Positions 14,792 to 24,917 of a stretch of 64,000 nt of DNA are shown here, piece after piece. This stretch comes from Longimicrobiales bacterium (GTDB lineage: Bacteria; Gemmatimonadota; Gemmatimonadetes; Longimicrobiales; Gaopeijiaceae), in assembly GCA_965202805.1 (NCBI GenBank), contig OZ241869.1, forward strand, positions 1,376,001 through 1,440,000, in the 5' to 3' direction. A program made the position numbers and the translations under genes. Under the pieces are notes generated by a model. It was not told the DNA's origin, made no database searches, and worked only from the letters and a program-made list of their open reading frames with translations. Positions within the stretch are counted from its first letter, which is position 1; every line of letters starts with the position of its first letter.

Positions 14792-15901
14792 TCAGCGGCG
14801 GATCGAGCCGTGCCGGTAGAAGGGGGGGCGGACCACCACGGCGGGGACATCCGCCCGGCGGATGCGCACGGCCACCTGCGTGCCCGGGGCGGCGAGGGGG
14901 GTGGGGAGGTAGCCCATCGCAATTCCCTCTCCCAGCGACGGGCTCACCGTGCCGCTGGTGAGGATTCCCGCCACCTCGCCCTCCGCCACGATCTCGTACC
15001 CGGGCCGCGGAAAGCCGCGTTCCAGCAGGCGCAGCCCCACGAGGCGACGCGGAACTCCATCGGCCTTCTGGCGCGCCAGCGCCTCGCGGCCCGAGAAATC
15101 GCCCTTCCCCGGCTTCACCACCCAGCCCAGCCCCGACTCGAGGGCGCTGTGCTCCTCGTCCAGATCGTTCCCGTAGAGGGCGTAGCCCATCTCGAGGCGC
15201 AAGGAGTCGCGGGCGCCCAGGCCGACGGGTTCCAGGCCCTGGCCGGCCCCGGCCTCGAGCAGCGCGCGCCAGACCCCCGCCGCATCGCCGGCTTCCAGAT
15301 ACAGCTCGAAGCCGTCCTCTCCGGTATACCCTGTCCGCGCCACCATCGCCGGGACTCCGGCGACCTCGCCGGTGGTGAAGCGGTAGTAGCCCACGGCGTC
15401 CAGGTCGGCGCCGGTGAGGCCGGCGAGAATGCCCGCGGCCGAAGGCCCCTGCAGCGCCAGCAGCGCGGTGCGGTCGGAGACGTCGTCCAACGCGCAGTCG
15501 AAGCGGGACGCGTGGCGTGACACCCACGCCCAGTCCTTGTCGCGGTTGGCCGCGTTGACCACCAGCAGGTAGCGGTCCTCGAAGCGATAGACCAGCAGGT
15601 CGTCCAGCACGCACCCATTCTCGTCGCAGAATGCGGAGTACTGCGCCTGTCCCACCTCCATGCGGCCGGCGTCGTTGGTGGTCAGCCACTGCACCAGCTC
15701 GAGGGCGCCGGCGCCGCGCAGCTCGAATTCACCCATGTGCGAGACATCGAAGAGACCCGCGCGCGCTCGCACCGCGGCGTGTTCGGCGCGGATGCCCCGG
15801 CTGTACTGCACCGGCATCTCGAATCCCGCGAACGGCACCATCCTGCCGCCGGCCCGCAGGTGTTCCTCGTGGAGCGGGGTGCGCGCGAGCCCGGCGCTCA
15901 T
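14792..15901 (-). CDS. gcvT: Glycine cleavage system aminomethyltransferase T
   Basis: RTPLH, GLFDVSHMGE, RTGYTGEDGFE and GARDSLRLEMG motifs. Confidence 0.97.
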   Translation of the reverse strand: MSAGLARTPLHEEHLRAGGRMVPFAGFEMPVQYSRGIRAEHAAVRARAGLFDVSHMGEFELRGAGALELVQWLTTNDAGRMEVGQAQYSAFCDENGCVLDDLLVYRFEDRYLLVVNAANRDKDWAWVSRHASRFDCALDDVSDRTALLALQGPSAAGILAGLTGADLDAVGYYRFTTGEVAGVPAMVARTGYTGEDGFELYLEAGDAAGVWRALLEAGAGQGLEPVGLGARDSLRLEMGYALYGNDLDEEHSALESGLGWVVKPGKGDFSGREALARQKADGVPRRLVGLRLLERGFPRPGYEIVAEGEVAGILTSGTVSPSLGEGIAMGYLPTPLAAPGTQVAVRIRRADVPAVVVRPPFYRHGSIRR

Positions 15902-15937
15902 GCGGTCCATCCTCCGGCCACCCACTCCCGCCTCCTG

Positions 15938-16867
15938 TCACTCATCATCGCCATCCTCTCCCAGCAGCGCGATCAGGAGCGCCTTCTGGGTGTGCAATCG
16001 GTTCTCCGCCTCCCGGAACACACGCGAACGGGGGCCTTCCAGGACCGCCTCGGTGACCTCCTCTCCGCGGTGGGCGGGAAGGCAATGCAGGAAGATCGCC
16101 CGTCCGGAGGCCCGCGCCATCAGGGCGTCGTCCACCGTATAGCCCGAGAAGGCGCCGCGGCGAGCATCCGCCTCGCCCTCCTGTCCCATCGATGCCCACA
16201 CGTCGGTGGTGACCACATCGGCGCCCTCGGCAGCCTCTCGGGGTGACCGGGTGAGGCGCACGGGTGCGGTCGCGCGGGCGCTCGCCGCGATCTCCGGGTC
16301 CGGGTCGAAGCCGGGGGGACAGGCCAGCGCCAGCTCGAAGCCGAGAATGGACGCGGCGTTCAGCCAGGAGTTGGCCATGTTGTTGCCGTCCCCGATCCAG
16401 GCGACCCGGATCCCGTCGAACCCCGGTCCGAACTCCTCCTGCATGGTCATCAGGTCGGCGAGCAGCTGACACGGGTGCAGGAGGTCGGTGAGGCCGTTGA
16501 TGACCGGTATCGGCGCCCAGCGGGCCAGTTGCTCGACCTCCTCCTGGTCGAAGGTGCGGATCATGATGCCGTCCACGTAGCGCCCCAGGACGCGTGCGGT
16601 GTCGGCGAGCGGCTCGTCGCGGCCGATCTGCGTGTCCACGGCGGAGAGGAAGAGCGCCTGTCCGCCCAGCTGGACCATGCCCACCTCGAACGCCACCCGG
16701 GTGCGCGTGGAGTTCTTCCGGAAGACCATCGCCAGGGACTTGCCCCGGAGCGGCGCGCCCTCGCCCCCTCCCGCCTTCAGGCGCCGGGCGTGATCGAGCA
16801 ACGACACCAGCTCGTCCCGGGTGCAGTCCCGGAGGGACAGAAAGTCCTTCTTGCGGGCTCGGGTCAT
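15938..16867 (-). CDS. argF: Ornithine carbamoyltransferase
   Basis: STRTR, HPCQ, GDGNNM, DVWASMG and HCLPAHRG motifs. Confidence 0.97.
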   Translation of the reverse strand: MTRARKKDFLSLRDCTRDELVSLLDHARRLKAGGGEGAPLRGKSLAMVFRKNSTRTRVAFEVGMVQLGGQALFLSAVDTQIGRDEPLADTARVLGRYVDGIMIRTFDQEEVEQLARWAPIPVINGLTDLLHPCQLLADLMTMQEEFGPGFDGIRVAWIGDGNNMANSWLNAASILGFELALACPPGFDPDPEIAASARATAPVRLTRSPREAAEGADVVTTDVWASMGQEGEADARRGAFSGYTVDDALMARASGRAIFLHCLPAHRGEEVTEAVLEGPRSRVFREAENRLHTQKALLIALLGEDGDDE

Positions 16868-16922
16868 GGGTTCGGGGAAGGCGATTCCCGGTCGGCCGTA
16901 GGGAGGGACAATTGGCTACTCG

Positions 16923-17020
16923 GGTCTGCCATTTTGGCAGACGCGCCCCCAAGCTACCACGGACGGCGGTCGCTGGGAAGCCGCGAAGGGCATGAGGTCT
17001 GCCATTTTGGCAGACGCGCC
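16923..17020. promoter_or_regulatory. Two perfect palindromic operators GTCTGCCA-TTT-TGGCAGAC (16924-16942, 16997-17015), 73 bp apart
   Basis: 25-bp direct repeat ggtctgccattttggcagacgcgcc; same core as the dnaK upstream sites. Confidence 0.75.
16951..16979 (-). promoter_or_regulatory. Candidate sigma70-type promoter of the argF-gcvT-activator unit
   Basis: Minus strand reads TTCCCA-N17-TAGCTT with a TG at the extended -10 position, lying between the two operators. Confidence 0.45.
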
Positions 17021-17067
17021 GCCGGTCGTCCCGGGAGCGGGAGGCACGGAAGCGTTCTCGGGCGCGT

Positions 17068-18579
17068 CTACAGGATGTAGCGCCGCAGATCCTCGTCCTC
17101 CGCGATCTCTTCCAGGTGTGTGCGCACGAACTCGCGGTCGACGATGAGCGGGCGCTCCATCTCCTCGCTGGGCAGCTCGAAGAGCACCTCCTCCAGCAGC
17201 GTCGTCATCACGGTCTGCAGGCGCCGGGCGCCGATGTTCTCCATCCGCTCGTTCAGGCGCGCCGCGATGCGCGCGATCTCCTCGACTCCGCCGGGGGTGA
17301 ACTCGGCCCGTGCCCCCTCGGTTTCGATGAGCGCCTGGTACTGCACCAGCAGGGCGTTTCTCGGCTCCTGCAGGATGCGCTTGAAGTGCCCTTCGTCGAG
17401 GCTGTGCAGCTCCACGCGGATGGGAAAGCGGCCCTGGAGTTCGGGAATCAGGTCGCTGGGCTTGGAGACGTGGAAGGCGCCGGCGGCGATGAACAGGACA
17501 TGGTCGGTGCGGACCAGCCCGTACTTCGTCTGGACGTTGCAGCCCTCCACCACCGGCAGCAGGTCGCGCTGGACCCCTCCCCGGCTGACGTCGGGGCCGT
17601 ACCCCCCGCGGTCGCCCGCGATCTTGTCGATTTCGTCGAGGAAGATCATCCCCATGTCTTCCGCCCGGATCAGCGCCTCGTTCACGACTTCGTCCATGTC
17701 CACGAGCCGGTCCAGTTCGTCCTGGATGAGAATGCGGCGCGCTTCCGCGACGGTGACGCTGCGGCGCTTGGTGCGCTTGGGCAGCATCTCCTGGAGCATC
17801 TCGGAGAAGTTGTACTCCATCCCCTCCATGCCGCCCATGGGCACCATCATGCCGTCGATGGCGGGAGCCTGGCTTACCTCCACCTCCACTTCGCGCTCCT
17901 CGAGTTCGCCGTCCCGGAGCAGGCCGCGGAGCTTCTCGCGGGTGCGCTGCCGCCGCATGACCAGGCGCTCATCCTCTTCGCTCAGCGCCTCTCCGGTTGC
18001 ATGCTCCTGTACGCCCCGGGGACCGGCCACGAAGACCTTCGGGACCCCGTCGGAGACCACCACGGGTCCCGCCGGGGGAGTGCGCCCATCCGCCGGCGGA
18101 AGCAGAAGATCCAGGAGCTGTTCCTCGACCCGGCGCTCCGCCTCCTCCTGGACGCTGTCCTCCCGCTCGGCGCGCACCATGTTCACCGCCGTGTCGACCA
18201 GGTCGCGGATCATCGACTCGACATCCCGCCCGACGTATCCCACTTCCGTGAACTTGGACGCCTCGACCTTGACGAAGGGCGCTCCGGTGAGCCGGGCCAG
18301 CCGGCGCGCGATCTCGGTCTTGCCGACGCCGGTGGTGCCCATGAGGATCAGATTGTTGGGCAGGATTTCGTCCCTCAGTTCGTCCTCGACGCGCTGCCGG
18401 CGCCAGCGGTTCCGCATCGCGATGGCGACCGCGCGCTTGGCCTCCTCCTGGCCCACGATGTACTTGTCCAGTTCGGTCACGATCTGGGTGGGCGTGAGCT
18501 GCTCGAGCCAGTCGGGCGCCGCGTCCGTCTCGGTCGCGGCTCTGGAAGGCGCCGCGGTCTCCGTCGTTGAAACAGCCAT
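17068..18579 (-). CDS. hslU: ATP-dependent protease ATPase subunit HslU
   Basis: NRWRR, GVGKTEIARRLA, KFTEVGYVGRDV, LIPELQGRFPIRVEL and C-terminal RYIL. Confidence 0.98.
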   Translation of the reverse strand: MAVSTTETAAPSRAATETDAAPDWLEQLTPTQIVTELDKYIVGQEEAKRAVAIAMRNRWRRQRVEDELRDEILPNNLILMGTTGVGKTEIARRLARLTGAPFVKVEASKFTEVGYVGRDVESMIRDLVDTAVNMVRAEREDSVQEEAERRVEEQLLDLLLPPADGRTPPAGPVVVSDGVPKVFVAGPRGVQEHATGEALSEEDERLVMRRQRTREKLRGLLRDGELEEREVEVEVSQAPAIDGMMVPMGGMEGMEYNFSEMLQEMLPKRTKRRSVTVAEARRILIQDELDRLVDMDEVVNEALIRAEDMGMIFLDEIDKIAGDRGGYGPDVSRGGVQRDLLPVVEGCNVQTKYGLVRTDHVLFIAAGAFHVSKPSDLIPELQGRFPIRVELHSLDEGHFKRILQEPRNALLVQYQALIETEGARAEFTPGGVEEIARIAARLNERMENIGARRLQTVMTTLLEEVLFELPSEEMERPLIVDREFVRTHLEEIAEDEDLRRYIL

Positions 18580-18589
18580 GGAATAACCT

Positions 18590-19135
18590 CTAGGACTCCA
18601 GGTCCAGAACCGTAATCTCTTCGTTGCTGTAGACGCAGATCTCGCCGGCGATCGCCAGGCTGGCGCGCACGACCTCGGAGGCGGAGAGCGAGGAATGCGC
18701 CCGGAGCGCGCGGGCCGCGGCCAGGGCATAGGCGCCTCCCGAACCGATCGCCACGACCTCGTCGTCGGGTTCGAGGACGTTGCCGTCCCCGCCGATCAGG
18801 AACAGGTGTTCGGCGTCCGCCACCACCAGAAGGGCATCCAGACGGCGCAGGGCGCGATCCGTCCGCCAGTCCTTCGCCATTTCGACGCACGCGCGCGTCA
18901 GGTTGGCGGGGAATTGCTCCAGCTTGGCCTCCAGCGTCTCGAAGAGCGTGAAGGCGTCCGCGACCGCCCCCGCGAACCCCGCCAGGAAGCGGCCGTCCTT
19001 GAGCGTGCGAACCTTCCGGGCCGCGGTCTTGACGATGGTGTCCCCCATCGTAACCTGGCCGTCGGCGCCCATGGCGACCCGACCCTCCTTGCGGACCGCA
19101 AGCACGGTGGTGCCGTGGAAACTCTGCGTGGTCAT
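18590..19135 (-). CDS. hslV: ATP-dependent protease subunit HslV
   Basis: HGTTVL (short propeptide before the catalytic Thr), [14 protein letters not shown] and IGSGG motifs. Confidence 0.97.
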   Translation of the reverse strand: MTTQSFHGTTVLAVRKEGRVAMGADGQVTMGDTIVKTAARKVRTLKDGRFLAGFAGAVADAFTLFETLEAKLEQFPANLTRACVEMAKDWRTDRALRRLDALLVVADAEHLFLIGGDGNVLEPDDEVVAIGSGGAYALAAARALRAHSSLSASEVVRASLAIAGEICVYSNEEITVLDLES

Positions 19136-19299
19136 GTGTTCTCGATCCGGGTGAAGGCGGGCCGTCACGCGTGGCCTGGTGTGCGAAGGGCAGGACCAGC
19201 GAGGGAAAGATGCATCCGGTGATGCAAAGAGTACACCCGGAGGTCGGGCGCCGTGCGGTCAATGCAGAGCCGGGACCCTCGCGGACCGGTCTCGACGGG

Positions 19300-20217
19300 T
19301 CAGGCGCGCGGGTGAGCGCCGCCGTAGATGCGCTTGAGTCGTTCCTTGGATGTGTGCGTGTAGATCTGCGTCGTGGAAAGCGAGATGTGGCCCAGCAGTT
19401 CCTTGACCGACACCAGATCGGCCCCGGAGTCGAGGAGATGGGTCGCGAAACTGTGCCGCAGCGAGTGAACGGAAAGCCCCTCCGCTTCGGCGCCGCGTTC
19501 CAGCGCACTGCGTACCACGTACTGGATGGAGCGTCGTGAGAGGCGGCGGCCGTGACGGCTCAGGATGGCGGCGCGGCGGTCTCCCTCGTTCAGCGACACC
19601 ACGCGTTCCCGGTGCGGCTCGTAGCGCCTGAGCGCCCGCACCGCGGCCCCTGTCAGCGGCACGATGCGTTCCTTGCGCCCCTTCCCCATCACGCGCACGC
19701 GGTCGGAAATCAGGTCGATGCGGTCGCGGTCGAGCCCGTGGAGCTCGGCCAGGCGCACCCCGCTGCCGTAGAGGATCTCGAGAATCGCCAGGTTGCGGGT
19801 GCCGAGAAAGGTGTTCTCGGCGGAGCGCGCCTCCGCGGCGCGAAAGACGGCCCGCGCGTCGGCTTGCGACAGATGTCCGGGAAGGGGCTTGTCGGCGCGG
19901 GGCGTGCGGAGTGCGCGCGCGGGATTGCTCTCGATGTGCCCTTCCAGGTGCAGGAAGCGAAACAGGGAGCGGAGGGCCGAGAGCTTCCGCGCCGAGGTGC
20001 GCCGGGAGAGCCTGCGGCGGCGGCAGTGTCCCAGAAAGCCTCGCAGGGCGAGCCGGTCGACGTCGGCCCAACTCCAGCCGGCATGCCCGGTGTAGTCCGC
20101 GAAGAAGCGCTCGAAGTCCCGAATGTCGCGCCGGTATCCCGAGACCGTGTTCGGGGAGAGCTGCCGTTCGTCGGCGAGGGAGCGCAGGAACTCGCCGGCC
20201 TCGGGACTGACGCTCAC
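19300..20217 (-). CDS. xerC: Tyrosine recombinase XerC
   Basis: LYGSGVRLAE, GKGRKER, HSLRHSFATH and LLGH..LSTTQIYTH motifs; topA-xerC-hslVU order. Confidence 0.92.
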   Translation of the reverse strand: MSVSPEAGEFLRSLADERQLSPNTVSGYRRDIRDFERFFADYTGHAGWSWADVDRLALRGFLGHCRRRRLSRRTSARKLSALRSLFRFLHLEGHIESNPARALRTPRADKPLPGHLSQADARAVFRAAEARSAENTFLGTRNLAILEILYGSGVRLAELHGLDRDRIDLISDRVRVMGKGRKERIVPLTGAAVRALRRYEPHRERVVSLNEGDRRAAILSRHGRRLSRRSIQYVVRSALERGAEAEGLSVHSLRHSFATHLLDSGADLVSVKELLGHISLSTTQIYTHTSKERLKRIYGGAHPRA

Positions 20218-20233
20218 GCGGCCCTGCGGTCCA

Positions 20234-22927
20234 TCATCGCCGCTTGCGGGTCCGCGCGGCGCGGGTGCGGCGCGCGCCCTTGCCGGCGGCCTTGCGCGCG
20301 GCGGCCCGGGCCAGCAGCTCGAGCGCCTCGTCCACTCCGAGGGATTCGGGATCGCGGCCCCTGGGGATGCCGGCGTTCACCTTGCCATCGGTGACATAGG
20401 GCCCGTAGCGCCCCTTGTAGACGTTCAGTGGCTCGCCCGTCGCCGGGTGTTTTCCGACGACGGCGAGCACGGCCTTGCCCGGCCTCGTGTCGAGCAGCGC
20501 GAGCGCTTCCTCCAGCGTGATGTCGAACGCCCGCTCCAGCGACTGGAGGTTGCGGTAGGTCTTCGCGCGATTGACGTACGGTCCGTACCTGCCCATGCCC
20601 GCGGTAACCCGCTGCCCGGTCCCGGGGTCCTCGCCGAGGACGCGGGGGAGCGCCAGAAGCCGGAGAGCGAAGGCCACATCGATCTGGTCCGGCGACATGC
20701 CTCGGGGGAGGCTGACGCGCCGCGGCCCGGCGTCGTCGTCGCCCAGCTGAACGTAGGGGCCGTACGGCCCGGCGCGGACGTAGACGTTCAGCCCGCTTTT
20801 CTGGTCACGGCCCAGCGGGCTCCTGCCGCGCAACCGCGCTTCGATCAGCTCCGAGGCCTTTTCCGGGGTCAGTTCGTCGATCAGGAGGTCCACGGGCAGC
20901 GCGGCTCTCGGCTTGTCCCTGCCCTCGCCGCGCTGGAGAAAGACATGCTGCTTGCCGATGCGCACCAGGAGCGGCTCGCCGGTCACTGGATCCTCGCCCA
21001 CGCGCAGGGCGGGATAGTCAATGCGCGGCAGCTCTTCCTCGATGCGCTTCTCCAGCCCGAGCGCGTCGTCGCCGTCGCCGCGGAAGAAGTCGGAGAGGAA
21101 GCGTACGTGGTCCACCGACCCGCCTGCGATCCGGTCGAGGGCGTCCTCCATTCCGGCCGTGAACCTGAGGTCGACGTAGTGCGGGAAGTGGTCGCGCAGC
21201 AGCTTGGTGACGCAGAGGCCGAGATAGGTCGGGACCAGCACGCCCTTCTTTCTGATGGCGTATTCGCGGTCTCGCAGCTTGGCCAGGGTGGGTTCGTAGG
21301 TGGAGGGCCGCCCGATGCCTTCCTCCTCGAGCTTGCGCACCAGCGCGGCCTCGGAGTAGCGCGGGCGCGGCTGGGTCTGTCGGCCCCGGGTTTCGACGCC
21401 CCTGATCTCGACCGCTTCCGGGCCGCGACGGGCCACGTCGCCTGCCGGGTCGGCGGATGTGCCGGAAGCGTTCGCGCGTCGGGCCCGGGGGTCATCCACG
21501 CCGATCAGCTGGCCTTCGACCACGCGCGGAAGGATGACGTCCTCGCGGTTCGTGCCCCACACGCGCTGGTAGCCCGGGAAGCGCACCACCGAGCCCGCGG
21601 CACGGAAGACATGGGCGGAGTCGCCGGCGCCGACCTGGAGCTCGATGGTGGTGCGCGCGATGCGTGCGTCGGCCATCTGCGAAGCCACCGCCCGCCGCCA
21701 GATCAACCCGTAGAGCCGCAGCTGATCGCGGTCCAGAAAGCGGCTCAGCGACTCGGGGGTCCGGCCGATCTCGGTCGGGCGGATGGCCTCGTGGGCCTCC
21801 TGGGCGTTGCGGGAGCGGGTCGCGTAGGGCCGCACGCCCTGATGGTACTCGTCCCCATAGCGCGCCCGGATGAAACGGGCGGCGTCCGCGAGCGCCTTCC
21901 GGCTGAGGCTCACCGAGTCGGTACGCATGTAGGTGATCAACCCTTCCCGGTTGCCTCCACCAAGGTCGATCCCCTCGTACAGCTGCTGCGCGAGCGCCAT
22001 GGTGCGACGGGGGGTCATGCGCAGCATCGAACTCGCGAACTGCTGCAGGGTCGAGGTGCTGAATGGGGGAGAGGGTCGGCGGGTGGTGTCCTTCTCCTCC
22101 ACGCGCCGCACCCGCCAGGGACGCGTCTCCATCGCCTCCCGGGCGATGGCGGAAGCGGCACTCTCGTCGAGCACGACGACCTTTCCCTTGAGGCGCGGAG
22201 CACCCGTTGTGGAGTCGAAGTTCTTCGCGGTGGCGACGGACTTGCCGCCGGTCTCGATGAGGTCGGCTGTGAATCCTCCATCATCGGCGTCCTCCCGGGA
22301 CCCGAGGGACGCCCTCACCCCCCAGTACTCCGTGGACTTGAACCTTTGCCGCTCCTCCTCCCTCTCCACCAGCAGGCGAAGGGCCACGCTCTGGACGCGG
22401 CCGGCGCTCAGCTTTGCCCGCACCTTCTTCCAGAGCACCGGCGAGAGCGAGTACCCGAACAGGCGGTCGAGCACGCGGCGGGTTTCCTGGGCCCGAACCA
22501 GCTGTTCGTCCACGCTGCGGGGCTGGGCGAGGGCGGCCTGGATGGCGGCGCGGGTGATCTCGTGGAAGGCGATGCGTTGCACGGGAACGCTCGGCTTCAG
22601 GACCTTGAGCAGGTGCCAGCTGATGGACTCGCCCTCGCGGTCTTCGTCGGTTGCGAGGATGAGTTCCTCCGCTCCCCGCACCTTCTTTCGCAAGGCGGTA
22701 ATGTGCTTCTTCGATTCCGCGGGAATCACGTAGACGGGTTCGAAGTCCCCCTCGACATCGACGCCCAGCCGTCCCCACGACTTCGAGCGCAGGCGCGCCG
22801 GGATTTCCCTCGCGGAGCGGGGCAGGTCGCGAATGTGGCCGAAGCTTGCCGCGACTTCGTATTCCCCGCCCAGAAAGCGCTTGATGGTTGCGGCCTTCGC
22901 GGGAGACTCGACGATGACGAGCTTCAT
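20234..22927 (-). CDS. topA: DNA topoisomerase I with zinc-free C-terminal repeats
   Basis: LVIVESPAK, ATDEDREGE, SAGRVQ, ITYMRTD and GRPST motifs; G(R/P)YGPYV repeats and a basic tail. Confidence 0.97.
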   Translation of the reverse strand: MKLVIVESPAKAATIKRFLGGEYEVAASFGHIRDLPRSAREIPARLRSKSWGRLGVDVEGDFEPVYVIPAESKKHITALRKKVRGAEELILATDEDREGESISWHLLKVLKPSVPVQRIAFHEITRAAIQAALAQPRSVDEQLVRAQETRRVLDRLFGYSLSPVLWKKVRAKLSAGRVQSVALRLLVEREEERQRFKSTEYWGVRASLGSREDADDGGFTADLIETGGKSVATAKNFDSTTGAPRLKGKVVVLDESAASAIAREAMETRPWRVRRVEEKDTTRRPSPPFSTSTLQQFASSMLRMTPRRTMALAQQLYEGIDLGGGNREGLITYMRTDSVSLSRKALADAARFIRARYGDEYHQGVRPYATRSRNAQEAHEAIRPTEIGRTPESLSRFLDRDQLRLYGLIWRRAVASQMADARIARTTIELQVGAGDSAHVFRAAGSVVRFPGYQRVWGTNREDVILPRVVEGQLIGVDDPRARRANASGTSADPAGDVARRGPEAVEIRGVETRGRQTQPRPRYSEAALVRKLEEEGIGRPSTYEPTLAKLRDREYAIRKKGVLVPTYLGLCVTKLLRDHFPHYVDLRFTAGMEDALDRIAGGSVDHVRFLSDFFRGDGDDALGLEKRIEEELPRIDYPALRVGEDPVTGEPLLVRIGKQHVFLQRGEGRDKPRAALPVDLLIDELTPEKASELIEARLRGRSPLGRDQKSGLNVYVRAGPYGPYVQLGDDDAGPRRVSLPRGMSPDQIDVAFALRLLALPRVLGEDPGTGQRVTAGMGRYGPYVNRAKTYRNLQSLERAFDITLEEALALLDTRPGKAVLAVVGKHPATGEPLNVYKGRYGPYVTDGKVNAGIPRGRDPESLGVDEALELLARAAARKAAGKGARRTRAARTRKRR

Positions 22928-23506
22928 GGCGGGGGAGCTGTCGCTGGGCTGGAAGTGGGCGGGTCGACGCCTTGGCGCGCGAGGCGTGCGATCCGATTCG
23001 CAAGTGCGGATACGGAATACTCCTCGCCGTCCAGTGTCAACCGGGCGAGACGGTAGTACGACTCGCGTCGGGCAAGCAAGCGCCGGGCGCGCTCGACCGG
23101 TTGGGCGACGTTCAGGAGAGGTCTTTCGCCCTCCTGCTCCCGGGCCCGCGCCACCGCCGTCTCAGCGGTGACCCTGAGCCAGACGGAGAGGGTGTCGGCG
23201 GCCAGCCCCTCCATGTGGCCGGGCTGGGCCGCCCAGCCGCCCCCGGGCGCGAGCACGGTCCGGTCGCGGAGGAGGAGGGGTCGCGCCACCCGCGCCTCGA
23301 TCGCCCTGAAGCCGGCTTCGCCGGACCGTGCGAAGATGTCCGGGATCTGCTGTCCGGTCTCGCGCCGGATTTCTTCGTCCAGGTCGACGAACCGCCAGCC
23401 GAGCAGCCGCGCCACCTCGCGACCTACGGCCGACTTCCCGCTGGCCATGAAGCCGACCAGGACGATCCGTGAAGGTGCGGGCGGGGCGCCCTCGCCGCCG
23501 GCCGGG

Positions 23507-23514
<8 letters not shown>
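22924..23514 (-). CDS. aroK: Shikimate kinase
   Basis: LVGFMASGKS, DLD, GEAGFRAIE, GGG and RPLL motifs. Confidence 0.95.
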
Positions 23515-24715
<1,201 letters not shown>

Positions 24716-24735
24716 GTGGTTGAATCTCCCGGATA

Positions 24736-24777
24736 GAGGGTTGGCGGAGTCATAGCCAACCCTCACTCGGGCGTCAA
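24736..24777 (-). promoter_or_regulatory. Inverted repeat GAGGGTTGGC-N9-GCCAACCCTC overlapping a candidate aroC promoter (TTGACG-N17-TATGAC)
   Basis: Perfect 10-bp arms read directly; the promoter call is by consensus similarity. Confidence 0.45.
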
Positions 24778-24917
24778 CCCGGGGGTGCGGCGGCACCCGG
24801 AGCAACCTGCGCCCGTGGGCCCTGCCGGGTCCTGGATACCCGGACTCCTTCGGCGCCCGCGCGAACGGCGCCGACCGCCAGGTCCGGGCGGGATGCGCGC
24901 GCGGACTCATCCACGGA

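Noticed and set aside
16924..17015. Palindromes as hslU terminators or ArgR boxes
   Set aside because: No U-tract, no match to the ARG box, and the same motif occurs in the divergent dnaK promoter region, which favours a DNA operator
17570..17590. HslU SRGGVQRD instead of the usual SREGVQRD
   Set aside because: Differs only by the position of one A within G runs (CGGGGAGGGG vs CGGGAGGGGG); could be a read error or neutral change and cannot be judged without reads
19300..20217. Tyrosine recombinase as a phage or island integrase
   Set aside because: Size and topA-xerC-hslVU context indicate housekeeping XerC
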